A stretch of DNA of 28,609 bases from an uncultured Bacteroidales bacterium (GTDB lineage: Bacteria > Bacteroidota > Bacteroidia > Bacteroidales > JAUNSR01): positions 1-28,609 of the forward strand of contig CAMTOW010000001.1 in the NCBI GenBank assembly GCA_947074245.1. Reading direction: 5' to 3'. Positions 1-8,442 of this stretch are shown here, one piece after another. The notes under the pieces were generated by a model that worked only from the letters and a program-made list of their open reading frames with translations, did not search any database and was not told the origin of the DNA. Positions within the stretch are counted from its first letter, which is position 1. Each line of letters begins with the position of its first letter. The position numbers and the translations under genes were made by a program.

Positions 1-54
1 CAGACTTAGGATCTGGTGCCGCGAGGCGTGGGGGTTCGAGTCCCTTCATCCGCA
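1..54 (+). tRNA. tRNA-Leu (anticodon TAG), 5' part cut off by the window edge; CCA not encoded
   Basis: Anticodon arm CAGA-CTTAGGA-TCTG with TAG at 7-9. Long variable arm GCC-GCGA-GGC (class II). T-arm GGGGG-TTCGAGT-CCCTT at 30-46. Acceptor 3' strand CATCCGC at 47-53, discriminator A54. Confidence 0.93.
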
Positions 55-66
55 CGAAAGTGCGAC

Positions 67-98
67 AAAGCCGTTCAGATATTCTGAACGGCTTTTTT
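67..98 (+). terminator. Intrinsic terminator after the tRNA
   Basis: Perfect 13-bp inverted repeat AAAGCCGTTCAGA (67-79) / TCTGAACGGCTTT (83-95), TAT loop, running into a T6 tract (93-98). Confidence 0.88.
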
Positions 99-138
99 GT
101 TATATCCCCTCCCTTCGTGTTTTGTAAAAATATTTTCA

Positions 139-146
139 TATTTTTG
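139..146 (+). promoter_or_regulatory. Putative Bacteroidetes sigma-A -7 box
   Basis: TATTTTTG matches TAnnTTTG, 14 nt before the ATG at 161. Confidence 0.6.
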
Positions 147-160
147 CAAAAAAAACACTT

Positions 161-757
161 ATGAAGCGATTGTTGATCATCACAGCATTAATGGGTTGTA
201 TGCAGACCCTGTTTGGCCAGAAAGGAAGTTCTCAGTTTGGATTCGTCGGAGGATATGAGCGATTCACCGAAATCGGATATAAAGACGGATATAACGTCGG
301 AATCGAATTCAAGCATTATGTAAAAGACAGAATCTTCGTAGTGGGTAATTTTCATGCCGGCGTCAATGACGGATCGGTTCATACGACATTCTCCGGATAC
401 AATGAAAGCGTGCATACCCTCGATCTACGCAATTCCGTACATGATTATATGCTCGGGTTCGGGCTCGGATATGATGTCTTGAGCATCGGCCGTCATAAGA
501 TCTATATTCAGGCAACTGCCGGATTAGGAAACACCGATCGGATTCAGCAGTATGCCAAACTTGAAATGGAAAATGGCCATGAATATCGTTCGATCGTAGA
601 TAATCAGCAGAAATATACCAAATGGGCGCTTACGACCGGAGCCGGTTACGATTTCAGAGTTATGGATTGGCTGGCAGTAGGTATCAACTATACGGGTTTT
701 CGCGTAGGTAACAATTACAACAACGGATACAACCTGAAGGTCAGCTGGCTTTTCTGA
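161..757 (+). CDS. Small outer-membrane beta-barrel protein (OmpA-like/porin-family, about 8 strands), 198 aa
   Basis: N-terminal signal peptide. About eight alternating Gly/aromatic strands (YNVGIEFKHY, YMLGFGLGYD, WALTTGAGYDF, LAVGINYTGF, YNLKVSWLF). C-terminal Phe typical of BAM substrates. Confidence 0.75.
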   Translation: MKRLLIITALMGCMQTLFGQKGSSQFGFVGGYERFTEIGYKDGYNVGIEFKHYVKDRIFVVGNFHAGVNDGSVHTTFSGYNESVHTLDLRNSVHDYMLGFGLGYDVLSIGRHKIYIQATAGLGNTDRIQQYAKLEMENGHEYRSIVDNQQKYTKWALTTGAGYDFRVMDWLAVGINYTGFRVGNNYNNGYNLKVSWLF

Positions 758-815
758 GCCGGCAATACAATTCTGCCTCATCCCCATTAGCTCTATATAC
801 CCTAACCGAGCGAAC

Positions 816-1379
816 ATGAAAGAACCATTTTCCGAGTTAATCCCTCTACTGAATAGTTTCTGGACCGAAGATTACGCGAACACAATGGTAAGTCTCGTCA
901 AAGATCGGAACTTCGAAACCCAATTGTATCGGTTGGTTTTCGAAGTTTACGACCTCGGGCTTGCACCCAAAGACGAAAATGCCGTCGCATTCCGCAGCGC
1001 ATACGTTTTGGAACACCTCATCGAAAGCGATTCGGAAGTAAAGGAATCGCTGCGCAAAACGATTTATCGCGATTTTCCGAAAATCAGGAATGAAAGCGCG
1101 AAGCGCCATTTTTGCAATATCCTATTGCTCCTCTTGAACGACGAAGTGCCTCCTCGGCAGGAAGCCGAATTAATCGTAAATGCCTGTATGGAATGGATTG
1201 AAAAACCGAAAACGAAGATTGCCGTTTTGGTCAATGCGATGGAGGTGATCTTCAAACTCCGAAAAACAACCCCCGACATCGAAGAGATGATCCCCGATCT
1301 CCTGTTTCTGATCCGACGCGATTCCACGCCCGGAATCGAAAGCAGAATCCGAAAATGGCGAAAAGCCGGTTATTTATAG
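816..1379 (+). CDS. Hypothetical all-helical (HEAT/ARM-like) cytoplasmic protein, 187 aa
   Basis: ATG start 58 nt after the barrel gene. Repeating amphipathic helices (AFRSAYVLEHL, SAKRHFCNILL, KIAVLVNAMEVIFKL). No signal peptide. The fold is an inference. Confidence 0.7.
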   Translation: MKEPFSELIPLLNSFWTEDYANTMVSLVKDRNFETQLYRLVFEVYDLGLAPKDENAVAFRSAYVLEHLIESDSEVKESLRKTIYRDFPKIRNESAKRHFCNILLLLLNDEVPPRQEAELIVNACMEWIEKPKTKIAVLVNAMEVIFKLRKTTPDIEEMIPDLLFLIRRDSTPGIESRIRKWRKAGYL

Positions 1380-1421
1380 GAACAAGTGTCGATCGTCACC
1401 GGTTTTTATGCCGACTTCCGT

Positions 1422-2750
1422 CTATATGATCCCCAAAAAGCTATCCGGTTTCTTTTCTTCCGGTTTCGGAGGAATCGGTTTCATCGGATTATTGGCATCG
1501 GTATGCGGCCATACGTTATATTGGAACTGAGCCAACCCGAACGCCGGCACACACATCATGATCTGTTCGAACATGATCGATTGAATACGTTCATAATCCG
1601 CCCAAACCGTAGTTTTGATAAAAAACAGCAATTCGATCGGAATCCCCGCTCCCGTCGATTCCACCTCGCGAACGATCAGATAAGGTTGATTCGTGATATC
1701 CGGGTCATGCTCCATATACAGAATCAGCCATGCCCGAAACAGTCCCAGGTTGGTACGTAACAACGGATCGTTGTCCGTCCGGAAAGCCAGGAATTTCTCA
1801 TACCCCTCATCCCCGATGAAACTCTTGATATGCGGATCCGCATAGAGTTTATCCAACAGGGCGTCATCGGTCTGTTTCACCGTCGATACATCCAGCAGAA
1901 TCGATTTATTGACGCGTCTCACTCCCGCTTCCAGCATTCCGCTCCAGTTCTGGAACGATCCCGTCAGTAATGAATAGCAAGGCACATAAACGAAGGTATT
2001 GTCGAAGTTCTGCACCTTTACCGTCAGAATATTGATTTCCAGTATATTTCCGTTGGCATTGCTGTTGGGCACCGTTATCCAGTCGCCGATCTTCAGCATA
2101 TTATTGTGAGCCAACTGAATACCGGCGATAAACCCGAGCAACGTATCCTTAAAGATCAGAATCAATACCGCCGCGAACGCACTCAGTCCCGTAATCACCT
2201 CCTTCAACTTCATGTTCATGATCAGACCCACGATCACGAGCACCATTACGATCTGTATGATCATCCGTCCCATATCCACTACTCCTTGATACGGACTGCT
2301 GGTCAGCTCATGCCGCTCGAGGTAGTAATCGAATCCGGCGCATAGGATCGAGATAGCGATACGCGCCGCGATGATCGTCAGATAAATGTTGATAACGATT
2401 TCCAGAATGTTGAGAAGTTTCTGATAGTCGGACGTAAATGCCAGCGGCAGCAGAATCAAAACCATCAACGGAGGAATGAACTCGAAGAGCCGTTCGAAGA
2501 ATTTCCGGTTATAAAGAAATAAATCCCACTTGGTTTTCGTATGGGTCACGATATAGTGAACGATTCGGATCAGCAGTTTCGAGAAAAGCAGATAACACAG
2601 ATATGCTACGATGATGATCATAATGAGCACCATGATTCGATCCCACATATCGGCACGCGAACCTGAGAACCCCAACTGTGTCAACAAGGTTTTTACTTTC
2701 TGAAATATGATGTCCGAAAACGGAGGTTTCTGTATGACTTCCAAAAACAT
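1422..2750 (-). CDS. MscS-family mechanosensitive channel, YbdG-like (miniconductance type), 442 aa
   Basis: About five N-terminal TM helices; pore helix GLSAFAAVLILIFKDTLLGFIAGIQL; cytoplasmic motifs KIGDWI, INILTVKVQNFDNT, FQNWSGM, GVRRVNKSI, TNLGLFRAW. Confidence 0.9.
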   Translation of the reverse strand: MFLEVIQKPPFSDIIFQKVKTLLTQLGFSGSRADMWDRIMVLIMIIIVAYLCYLLFSKLLIRIVHYIVTHTKTKWDLFLYNRKFFERLFEFIPPLMVLILLPLAFTSDYQKLLNILEIVINIYLTIIAARIAISILCAGFDYYLERHELTSSPYQGVVDMGRMIIQIVMVLVIVGLIMNMKLKEVITGLSAFAAVLILIFKDTLLGFIAGIQLAHNNMLKIGDWITVPNSNANGNILEINILTVKVQNFDNTFVYVPCYSLLTGSFQNWSGMLEAGVRRVNKSILLDVSTVKQTDDALLDKLYADPHIKSFIGDEGYEKFLAFRTDNDPLLRTNLGLFRAWLILYMEHDPDITNQPYLIVREVESTGAGIPIELLFFIKTTVWADYERIQSIMFEQIMMCVPAFGLAQFQYNVWPHTDANNPMKPIPPKPEEKKPDSFLGII

Positions 2751-2807
2751 AATCTACTTATTTAAAATAAATAACCCAAGTGTCCGTTAGATTGTTCTCT
2801 ATCGGAG

Positions 2808-2815
2808 CAAAAGTA
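2808..2815 (-). promoter_or_regulatory. Putative -7 box of the MscS gene
   Basis: Minus-strand TACTTTTG (plus strand CAAAAGTA), 57 nt upstream of the ATG at 2750. Confidence 0.6.
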
Positions 2816-2888
2816 GTCAGGGGTTTTTCAATCCGATGCCCGGGGTTAATGAATCCGCCGCCTGCTCATTTTTCAACAACCGCGTGAG

Positions 2889-2967
2889 ACATTCGTTTTT
2901 AACCGCCATCTAACGCATGTTCGCTGCCGATTAAACATTCGTTTCGAGGAGTGTTAACGCATGTTCG
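2889..2967. repeat. Degenerate ~44-46 bp intergenic tandem duplication
   Basis: ACATTCGTTT at 2889 and 2935; TAACGCATGTTCG at 2911 and 2955. Confidence 0.7.
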
Positions 2968-3260
2968 GACGCCTTTTAATCGATCCGGGTCAGGCAGGTT
3001 TATCCTTTTATCCGGTAACCTTTCGGTCGAAGTGGTTTGACGGAATGATTTTAGTCGATTCAAAACATGTTTATCGAAATGTTCTGTCGGTTCGATTACG
3101 AGCGATTTGCGAGCCTCATCCGTCTGAATCCGAAATTTCCATTTCGCGACCATGCCATTGTTCCGATCATCAAGCGATAAAAACCCCGTCAGCCGGATTT
3201 AAGTGTATGAGATACAAAGGAAAAAGAAGACATTTCATTTTGTAAATCATCTTGAAAAAT

Positions 3261-3290
3261 TTTGAGAATAGGTGCATTTCTTTAAATTTG
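3261..3290 (+). promoter_or_regulatory. Putative sigma-A promoter (-33/-7) of the SusR-like gene
   Basis: TTTG at 3261-3264, 18-nt spacer, TAAATTTG at 3283-3290. Confidence 0.6.
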
Positions 3291-3343
3291 CACCCTCCCC
3301 CGAAAAAAATTTAGTTAACCATAAACACATCCACACACACACC

Positions 3344-5044
3344 ATGAAAAGATACCTCTGCGTAACTTTTATTTTCTTATACTCAATCGCTGCTTTTTCT
3401 CAAGACATATTCCACGAAGACACCGAAGTGGCATTGAGGAAACTCGATTCGCTGGTTTTGAACAATGAGATGTATGTCAAAGAGAAAAGTAATAAGCTGA
3501 ATCATCTCAAGAGAATAGACCATGCGCTCACTCCGGAAGAACGCTATTGGAAATACAAAAACATCTATCAGGAATACAAAGTTTTCAACAGCGATTCGGC
3601 ACTCGTCTGGCTCGAAAAAGCCAATGGGTTGGCGAAAGGATTACGGATGGAGAAAGAAGTGCTTCGCAACCGGATCGAGAAAGGATACGTGTTGGCCGCG
3701 ACCGGTCTGCTCGTTGAATCGATGGATCAGATGAAAGGAATCAATTCGGCGACGCTACCCGATGAGATCTGCAAAGAGTATTACAGTGAGATGTCGTACC
3801 TGTACAGCCATCTTCATCAATATTCGATGAGCGATAACCCCGAAATCCATCCGGGCATGCGCAACTACTATCAGATCCAGCAACTCACCTACATCGACAG
3901 TCTGCAACAATCCATCACTCCCGAAGATGAAGACTACCTGTGGTATATGGCCTGGAAATATCGGGAGACCGACAGTCTGGGGTATTACCGTCGCCGTTTG
4001 GAAGAGGAGCTGACGGGCAAATACCACGACGAACGAAAAGACGCCATGCTTCTGTACGCGCTCGCCCATCTCTATTACGAAGAGAACGACCCTACGGCCC
4101 ATATCAATGCGCTCGCCTATTCGGCCATGGCCGACATTCGTTACGCCAACCGCGAGATCGCTTCGCTTCAGGAACTGGCCTATACCCTTTTCCGAAACGG
4201 CGATATCGACCGATCTTATACCTACATCAGCCTTTGCCTGAAAAACTCACAGATTTATAAAGCGCGTATCCGAGCCATTGAGATCGGTAATCTGATGGAC
4301 GCCATCTATAAGATGAATATGGAGCGAAATCTGAATCGCGAAAAAAAATTGAGAGTCAGTTTTCTTGCGCTGCTGATTATCGCACTGATTGCCGGGATCG
4401 CCATCGTGATCATCGCCATTCAGTTTAAAAAGCTGCGTGGTTCGCATCTGGCGCTCAAAACCAGCAACGACCTGTTGAACCGAAACGTGGTTCAGCTGAC
4501 CTCGACCCAACAGGAACTGGAATGTGCCAACCTCAAGCTGAAACACCTCAACGGCGAAATGCGCGAATCCAATCGGGTGAAAGAGGAATACATCGGTCAT
4601 GTGTTTAACCTCTGCTCCGATTATCTTTCAAAAATGGATCAGACCCAGAAAAGCCTGAAGCGTAAGTTAAGTTCGGGCAAAAAAGAGGAATTGGCCGCCT
4701 GGTTCGATTCGCCGATCCTCATCGAAAAAGAGGTGAAGGCATTCTATCACAATTTCGACGCGATCTTCCTCAACCTCTACCCCGACTTCATCGAAGAGTT
4801 CAACAAACTGTTGCGACCGGAAGAACGGATCGTATTGAAAAGCAACGAGCTTCTGAATACCGAACTTCGCATCTACGCGCTGGTGCGTCTGGGAATCAAC
4901 GACAGTACCAAGATCGCCGAATTCCTGCGCATCTCCGTACAGACGGTTTACAACAACCGATTACGCATCCGCAACAAACTCATCATCCCGAAAGAGGAGT
5001 TCTCATCGCGACTTCAAAAGCTCGGAACCATCAATCTTTCGTAA
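3344..5044 (+). CDS. SusR-like (DUF6377-type) membrane-spanning PUL transcriptional regulator, 566 aa
   Basis: The ATG at 3344 (MKRYLCVTFIFLYSIAAFSQ signal peptide) is preferred to the GTG at 3272, which lies upstream of the -7 box. Periplasmic TPR-like region, one TM helix (VSFLALLIIALIAGIAIVIIAIQF), coiled coil, FYHNFDAIFLNLYPDF and C-terminal HTH (LNTELRIYALVRLGINDSTKIAEFLRISVQTVYNNR). Lies directly upstream of susC. Confidence 0.9.
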   Translation: MKRYLCVTFIFLYSIAAFSQDIFHEDTEVALRKLDSLVLNNEMYVKEKSNKLNHLKRIDHALTPEERYWKYKNIYQEYKVFNSDSALVWLEKANGLAKGLRMEKEVLRNRIEKGYVLAATGLLVESMDQMKGINSATLPDEICKEYYSEMSYLYSHLHQYSMSDNPEIHPGMRNYYQIQQLTYIDSLQQSITPEDEDYLWYMAWKYRETDSLGYYRRRLEEELTGKYHDERKDAMLLYALAHLYYEENDPTAHINALAYSAMADIRYANREIASLQELAYTLFRNGDIDRSYTYISLCLKNSQIYKARIRAIEIGNLMDAIYKMNMERNLNREKKLRVSFLALLIIALIAGIAIVIIAIQFKKLRGSHLALKTSNDLLNRNVVQLTSTQQELECANLKLKHLNGEMRESNRVKEEYIGHVFNLCSDYLSKMDQTQKSLKRKLSSGKKEELAAWFDSPILIEKEVKAFYHNFDAIFLNLYPDFIEEFNKLLRPEERIVLKSNELLNTELRIYALVRLGINDSTKIAEFLRISVQTVYNNRLRIRNKLIIPKEEFSSRLQKLGTINLS

Positions 5045-5113
5045 AAAAGCTTTACCCGACAGGCTACTTCAGCTTACTTTTTACATCTACACACACAACA
5101 CCAAAACACTACT

Positions 5114-5141
5114 AATCAGCATATTGTAAAATATGCTGATT
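5114..5141. promoter_or_regulatory. 12-bp perfect inverted repeat between susR and the susC promoter (candidate operator or weak terminator)
   Basis: AATCAGCATATT-GTAA-AATATGCTGATT. Confidence 0.55.
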
Positions 5142-5186
5142 TACTTTTATGCCTTACTGACAGGATCAAAGAGCATTCGCGTGAAA

Positions 5187-5194
5187 TATCTTTG
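5187..5194 (+). promoter_or_regulatory. Putative -7 box of the susC operon
   Basis: TATCTTTG matches TAnnTTTG, 62 nt before the susC ATG. Confidence 0.65.
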
Positions 5195-5256
5195 TCATAT
5201 CCATTTTTCATTAATCATACCATGTCGGTATAACCTTAATTTCTAATCTACGACTT

Positions 5257-8200
5257 ATGACAAGTAATTCGATTCATTGCCATTATCCTCCGCGGAGGAT
5301 GCTGCTTGTTTATCTATTATTATTCTTCGGAATGAATGCGATCGCTCAGACGATCACCGTAAAAGGGACAGTCAAAGAGGCATCGGGTGAACCCATCATC
5401 GGAGCCAATGTCCTGGAAGTAGGCACGACCAACGGCGCGACGACCGACTTCGACGGAAACTTCCAATTAACTACCTCCCCTAATGCGATCCTGAAAGTAT
5501 CGTATGTAGGCTACAAAGAAAAAACGGTTCAGGCAAAAGAATCGCTCACCATCATCCTTCAGGAAGACAGCGAAGCGCTGGATGAAGTGGTCGTAATCGG
5601 CTACGGCGTTCAGAAAAAAAGCGTCGTTACGGCATCCATCGCCCGCGTTGGCGAGCAGGAACTGGGCAAAGTGGCTCCCGTCCGAGTAGACAACGCCCTG
5701 AAAGGACTCGCTGCCGGCGTGACGGTAACATCCGCTTCCGGACAACCGGGTGAAGGATCCCGGATCCGAATCCGCGGTGTGGGAACCATCAACAATTCCG
5801 ATCCGCTTTATATCGTAGACGGAATGCCGATCGACGGAGGCATCGATTACCTGAATCCGAACGACATCGCCAGCATCGAGGTGCTGAAAGACGCCGCTTC
5901 GGGTGCGGTATACGGTGCTCGTGCCGCCAACGGGGTGATCCTGGTAACGACCAAAAGCGGAAAAGAAGGAAACGCCCGCGTAACGTATGATTTCTCATAC
6001 AGCCTTCAGAACCCGTGGAAACACCGTTCGGTTCTGGATGCGACCGAATATGCCCTTTTGATGAACGAGGGGTATATGAACGCCGGTTACGCGCCCAAAT
6101 ATGCCGATCCGTACAGTTACGGAAAAGGTACCGACTGGCAGAAAGAAACCTTCAACCGCAACGCGCCGATGCAAAATCATCAGGTAAGCGTCAGCGGAGC
6201 GAGTCCGAAAACCAACTATTACCTTTCGTTCGGGTACTTCAAACAAGACGGTATCGTGGGTGGTGATTACGACCGCTCCAATTACGAACGTCTGACGATC
6301 CGCTCGAACGCCTTGCAGAATCTGTATGAAACAAAAGATCGCAACTGGCTCAACAAAGTGCAGCTGGGCGTGAATGCCTCTTATGCGCATGTCAAATCGA
6401 AAGGGATCGGAACCAACTCGGAGTTCGGTTCGGTATTGGGTTCTGCCCTTGCCCTCTCTCCGATCATTCCGGTTTATGCCGAAGATGAAGCCGCTACCCT
6501 GGCTCAATATGCCGGAATCTCCGACTTTACGCCGGTTTATTCGCCCGACGGTCGTCTTTACTCCATCGCCGGTGTCGATTACAATGAAATCACCAATCCG
6601 CTCGCACAGTTGTCCCTACCGGGATCGCAAGGCTGGAGCCACAAGATGGTATCCAACTTCTTCGCGGAGATTCAAATCTGGGACAATCTGAAATTCCGCT
6701 CATCGTTCGGCGCCGACCTTTCGTTCTGGGGCAACGATGCGTGGATGAAAAAATACTATCTGACCGCCAACAACAAAGCACCGCGTTCGTGGGCGCAAAG
6801 CGATATGAGCCACGGTTACGTCTGGCAATGGGAAAACGTATTGTCGTATGACAAGAGTTTCAACGGACACGCCATCACCGTAATGGTAGGACAATCGGCG
6901 AAGAAAAGCACCGGCCAGACGGTGGGCGCGTTCAATTACGATTTGATCGAAGAGGATCCCGATCGCGGCAACCTGGGCTTCACGTCCGGATTGCGTGAGA
7001 ACGGCGACGTGAACGGTTGGGGATATGTACACGCTCCCCACTCGATGGCATCTTACTTCGGCCGGGCTAGCTACAACTACGACGAACGCTATATGGCGCA
7101 GGTAACGGTCAGAAGAGACGGTTCGTCCAATTTCGGTCCGAAAAACAAATGGGCGGTATTCCCGTCTTTCTCGTTGGGTTGGAACATCACCAACGAACGT
7201 TTCCTTTCGGAACGCCCGACCTGGCTGTCGAACATGAAGCTACGCGGATCATGGGGTAAAAACGGAAACGAAGCGATCGGAGCCTTCAAATACATGGCAT
7301 TGAGCCAACAGGGCAACAACTACCAGTTCGGCGAAGATTCGAAAGTGGTGATCGGTACCAAACCGAGCATTCTTGCCAACAAAGGGATCCGCTGGGAAGA
7401 AAGCGAGCAGGTAGACATCGCTCTCGACCTTGCCTTCTTCAACAACGCGTTCACCTTCACGGTGGATTACTACAATAAGAAAACCAACGGAATGTTGATC
7501 GAGATGCCGATTCCCAACTATGTGGGCGAATCGAAACCTTGGGGGAACGTCGGCAAGATGAGAAACCGGGGTGTGGAATTCGAAGCGGGCTATCGCGTGA
7601 AAGCGGGCGACGTGAATCTACGTTTCAACGGAAACGCATCGTATCTGAAAAACAAACTGATCAACTACGGAAACGAAGCGGGATACCAGAACCTGGACAA
7701 CATTCAGGGCGTAGGCGCAATCACACGTGCACAGAACGGACTTCCATTCCCGTATTTCTATGGATTCAAGACAGCCGGAATCTTCCAGAACATGGATGAG
7801 ATCCGCAACTATACGACGACAGACGCGAATGGCAATAAAGTGATGATCATGCCGGACGCCGTTCCGGGAGACGTCCGTTTCGTGGATGTGAACAACGACG
7901 GGATAATCGACGAAAATGATAAGACCAACATCGGAAAAGGGATGCCCGACTGGACCTACGGACTGAATGTGTCTGCCGACTGGAAAGGTTTCGATTTCAG
8001 CATGCTTTGGCAGGGAACAGCCGGAAACAAAGTGTATGACGCGACGCGACGCACCGACATCTCCAGCACCAACCTACCGTCGTATATGATCGACCGCTGG
8101 ACCGGCGAAGGGACTTCCAACTCGATCCCTCGTTTCGTGATCGGCGACCAGGTCAACTGGCAATCGTCCGACCTGTATGTGAAAGACGGTTCTTACCTGC

Positions 8201-8424
8201 GCCTGAAAAACATCCAGTTGGGTTACACCGTGCCTCAACGCATCACTCGCAAATTCTTCGTAAACAGCCTGCGCATCTATTTCGCAGCTGAAAATCTGGT
8301 AACACTGACCAAATACGACGGTTTCGATCCGGAGATCTCTTCCGGCGGCACATCGCTCGGCGTAGACCGCGGTATCTATCCGCAAGCCAAAGTATATACG
8401 TTCGGTCTGAACCTGAATTTATAA
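5257..8424 (+). CDS. susC: SusC/RagA-family TonB-dependent transporter, 1055 aa
   Basis: Signal peptide ending NAIA-Q. CarboxypepD_reg-like N-domain (VKGTVKEASGEPIIGANV). LDEVVVIGYG. Plug motifs PLYIVDG and DIASIEVLKDAASGAVYGARAANGVILVTTK. C-terminal YVKDGSYLRLKNIQLGY and YPQAKVYTFGLNLNL. Confidence 0.97.
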   Translation: MTSNSIHCHYPPRRMLLVYLLLFFGMNAIAQTITVKGTVKEASGEPIIGANVLEVGTTNGATTDFDGNFQLTTSPNAILKVSYVGYKEKTVQAKESLTIILQEDSEALDEVVVIGYGVQKKSVVTASIARVGEQELGKVAPVRVDNALKGLAAGVTVTSASGQPGEGSRIRIRGVGTINNSDPLYIVDGMPIDGGIDYLNPNDIASIEVLKDAASGAVYGARAANGVILVTTKSGKEGNARVTYDFSYSLQNPWKHRSVLDATEYALLMNEGYMNAGYAPKYADPYSYGKGTDWQKETFNRNAPMQNHQVSVSGASPKTNYYLSFGYFKQDGIVGGDYDRSNYERLTIRSNALQNLYETKDRNWLNKVQLGVNASYAHVKSKGIGTNSEFGSVLGSALALSPIIPVYAEDEAATLAQYAGISDFTPVYSPDGRLYSIAGVDYNEITNPLAQLSLPGSQGWSHKMVSNFFAEIQIWDNLKFRSSFGADLSFWGNDAWMKKYYLTANNKAPRSWAQSDMSHGYVWQWENVLSYDKSFNGHAITVMVGQSAKKSTGQTVGAFNYDLIEEDPDRGNLGFTSGLRENGDVNGWGYVHAPHSMASYFGRASYNYDERYMAQVTVRRDGSSNFGPKNKWAVFPSFSLGWNITNERFLSERPTWLSNMKLRGSWGKNGNEAIGAFKYMALSQQGNNYQFGEDSKVVIGTKPSILANKGIRWEESEQVDIALDLAFFNNAFTFTVDYYNKKTNGMLIEMPIPNYVGESKPWGNVGKMRNRGVEFEAGYRVKAGDVNLRFNGNASYLKNKLINYGNEAGYQNLDNIQGVGAITRAQNGLPFPYFYGFKTAGIFQNMDEIRNYTTTDANGNKVMIMPDAVPGDVRFVDVNNDGIIDENDKTNIGKGMPDWTYGLNVSADWKGFDFSMLWQGTAGNKVYDATRRTDISSTNLPSYMIDRWTGEGTSNSIPRFVIGDQVNWQSSDLYVKDGSYLRLKNIQLGYTVPQRITRKFFVNSLRIYFAAENLVTLTKYDGFDPEISSGGTSLGVDRGIYPQAKVYTFGLNLNL

Positions 8425-8442
8425 TCTCAAAAAAATTATTCC

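Noticed and set aside
2820-3187. 9-bp inverted repeat GGGGTTTTT / AAAAACCCC as a possible invertible-promoter boundary
   Set aside because: Expected about once by chance in a 600-bp spacer, encloses no -7 box, and no recombinase is present in the window.
2899-3245. 84-aa and 94-aa ORFs in the mscS-susR spacer
   Set aside because: They overlap each other on opposite strands, have no family motif or upstream -7 box, and run through the degenerate repeat. They cannot be supported as genes without Ribo-seq.
3271-3294. GGTGCA...TGCACC dyad overlapping the susR -7 box
   Set aside because: Only 6 bp, and partly forced by the common TTTGCA promoter context.
3272-3343. 24-aa N-terminal extension of the regulator from the ORF track
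   Set aside because: The GTG lies upstream of the predicted -7 box, and the extension would displace an otherwise clean signal peptide starting at 3344.
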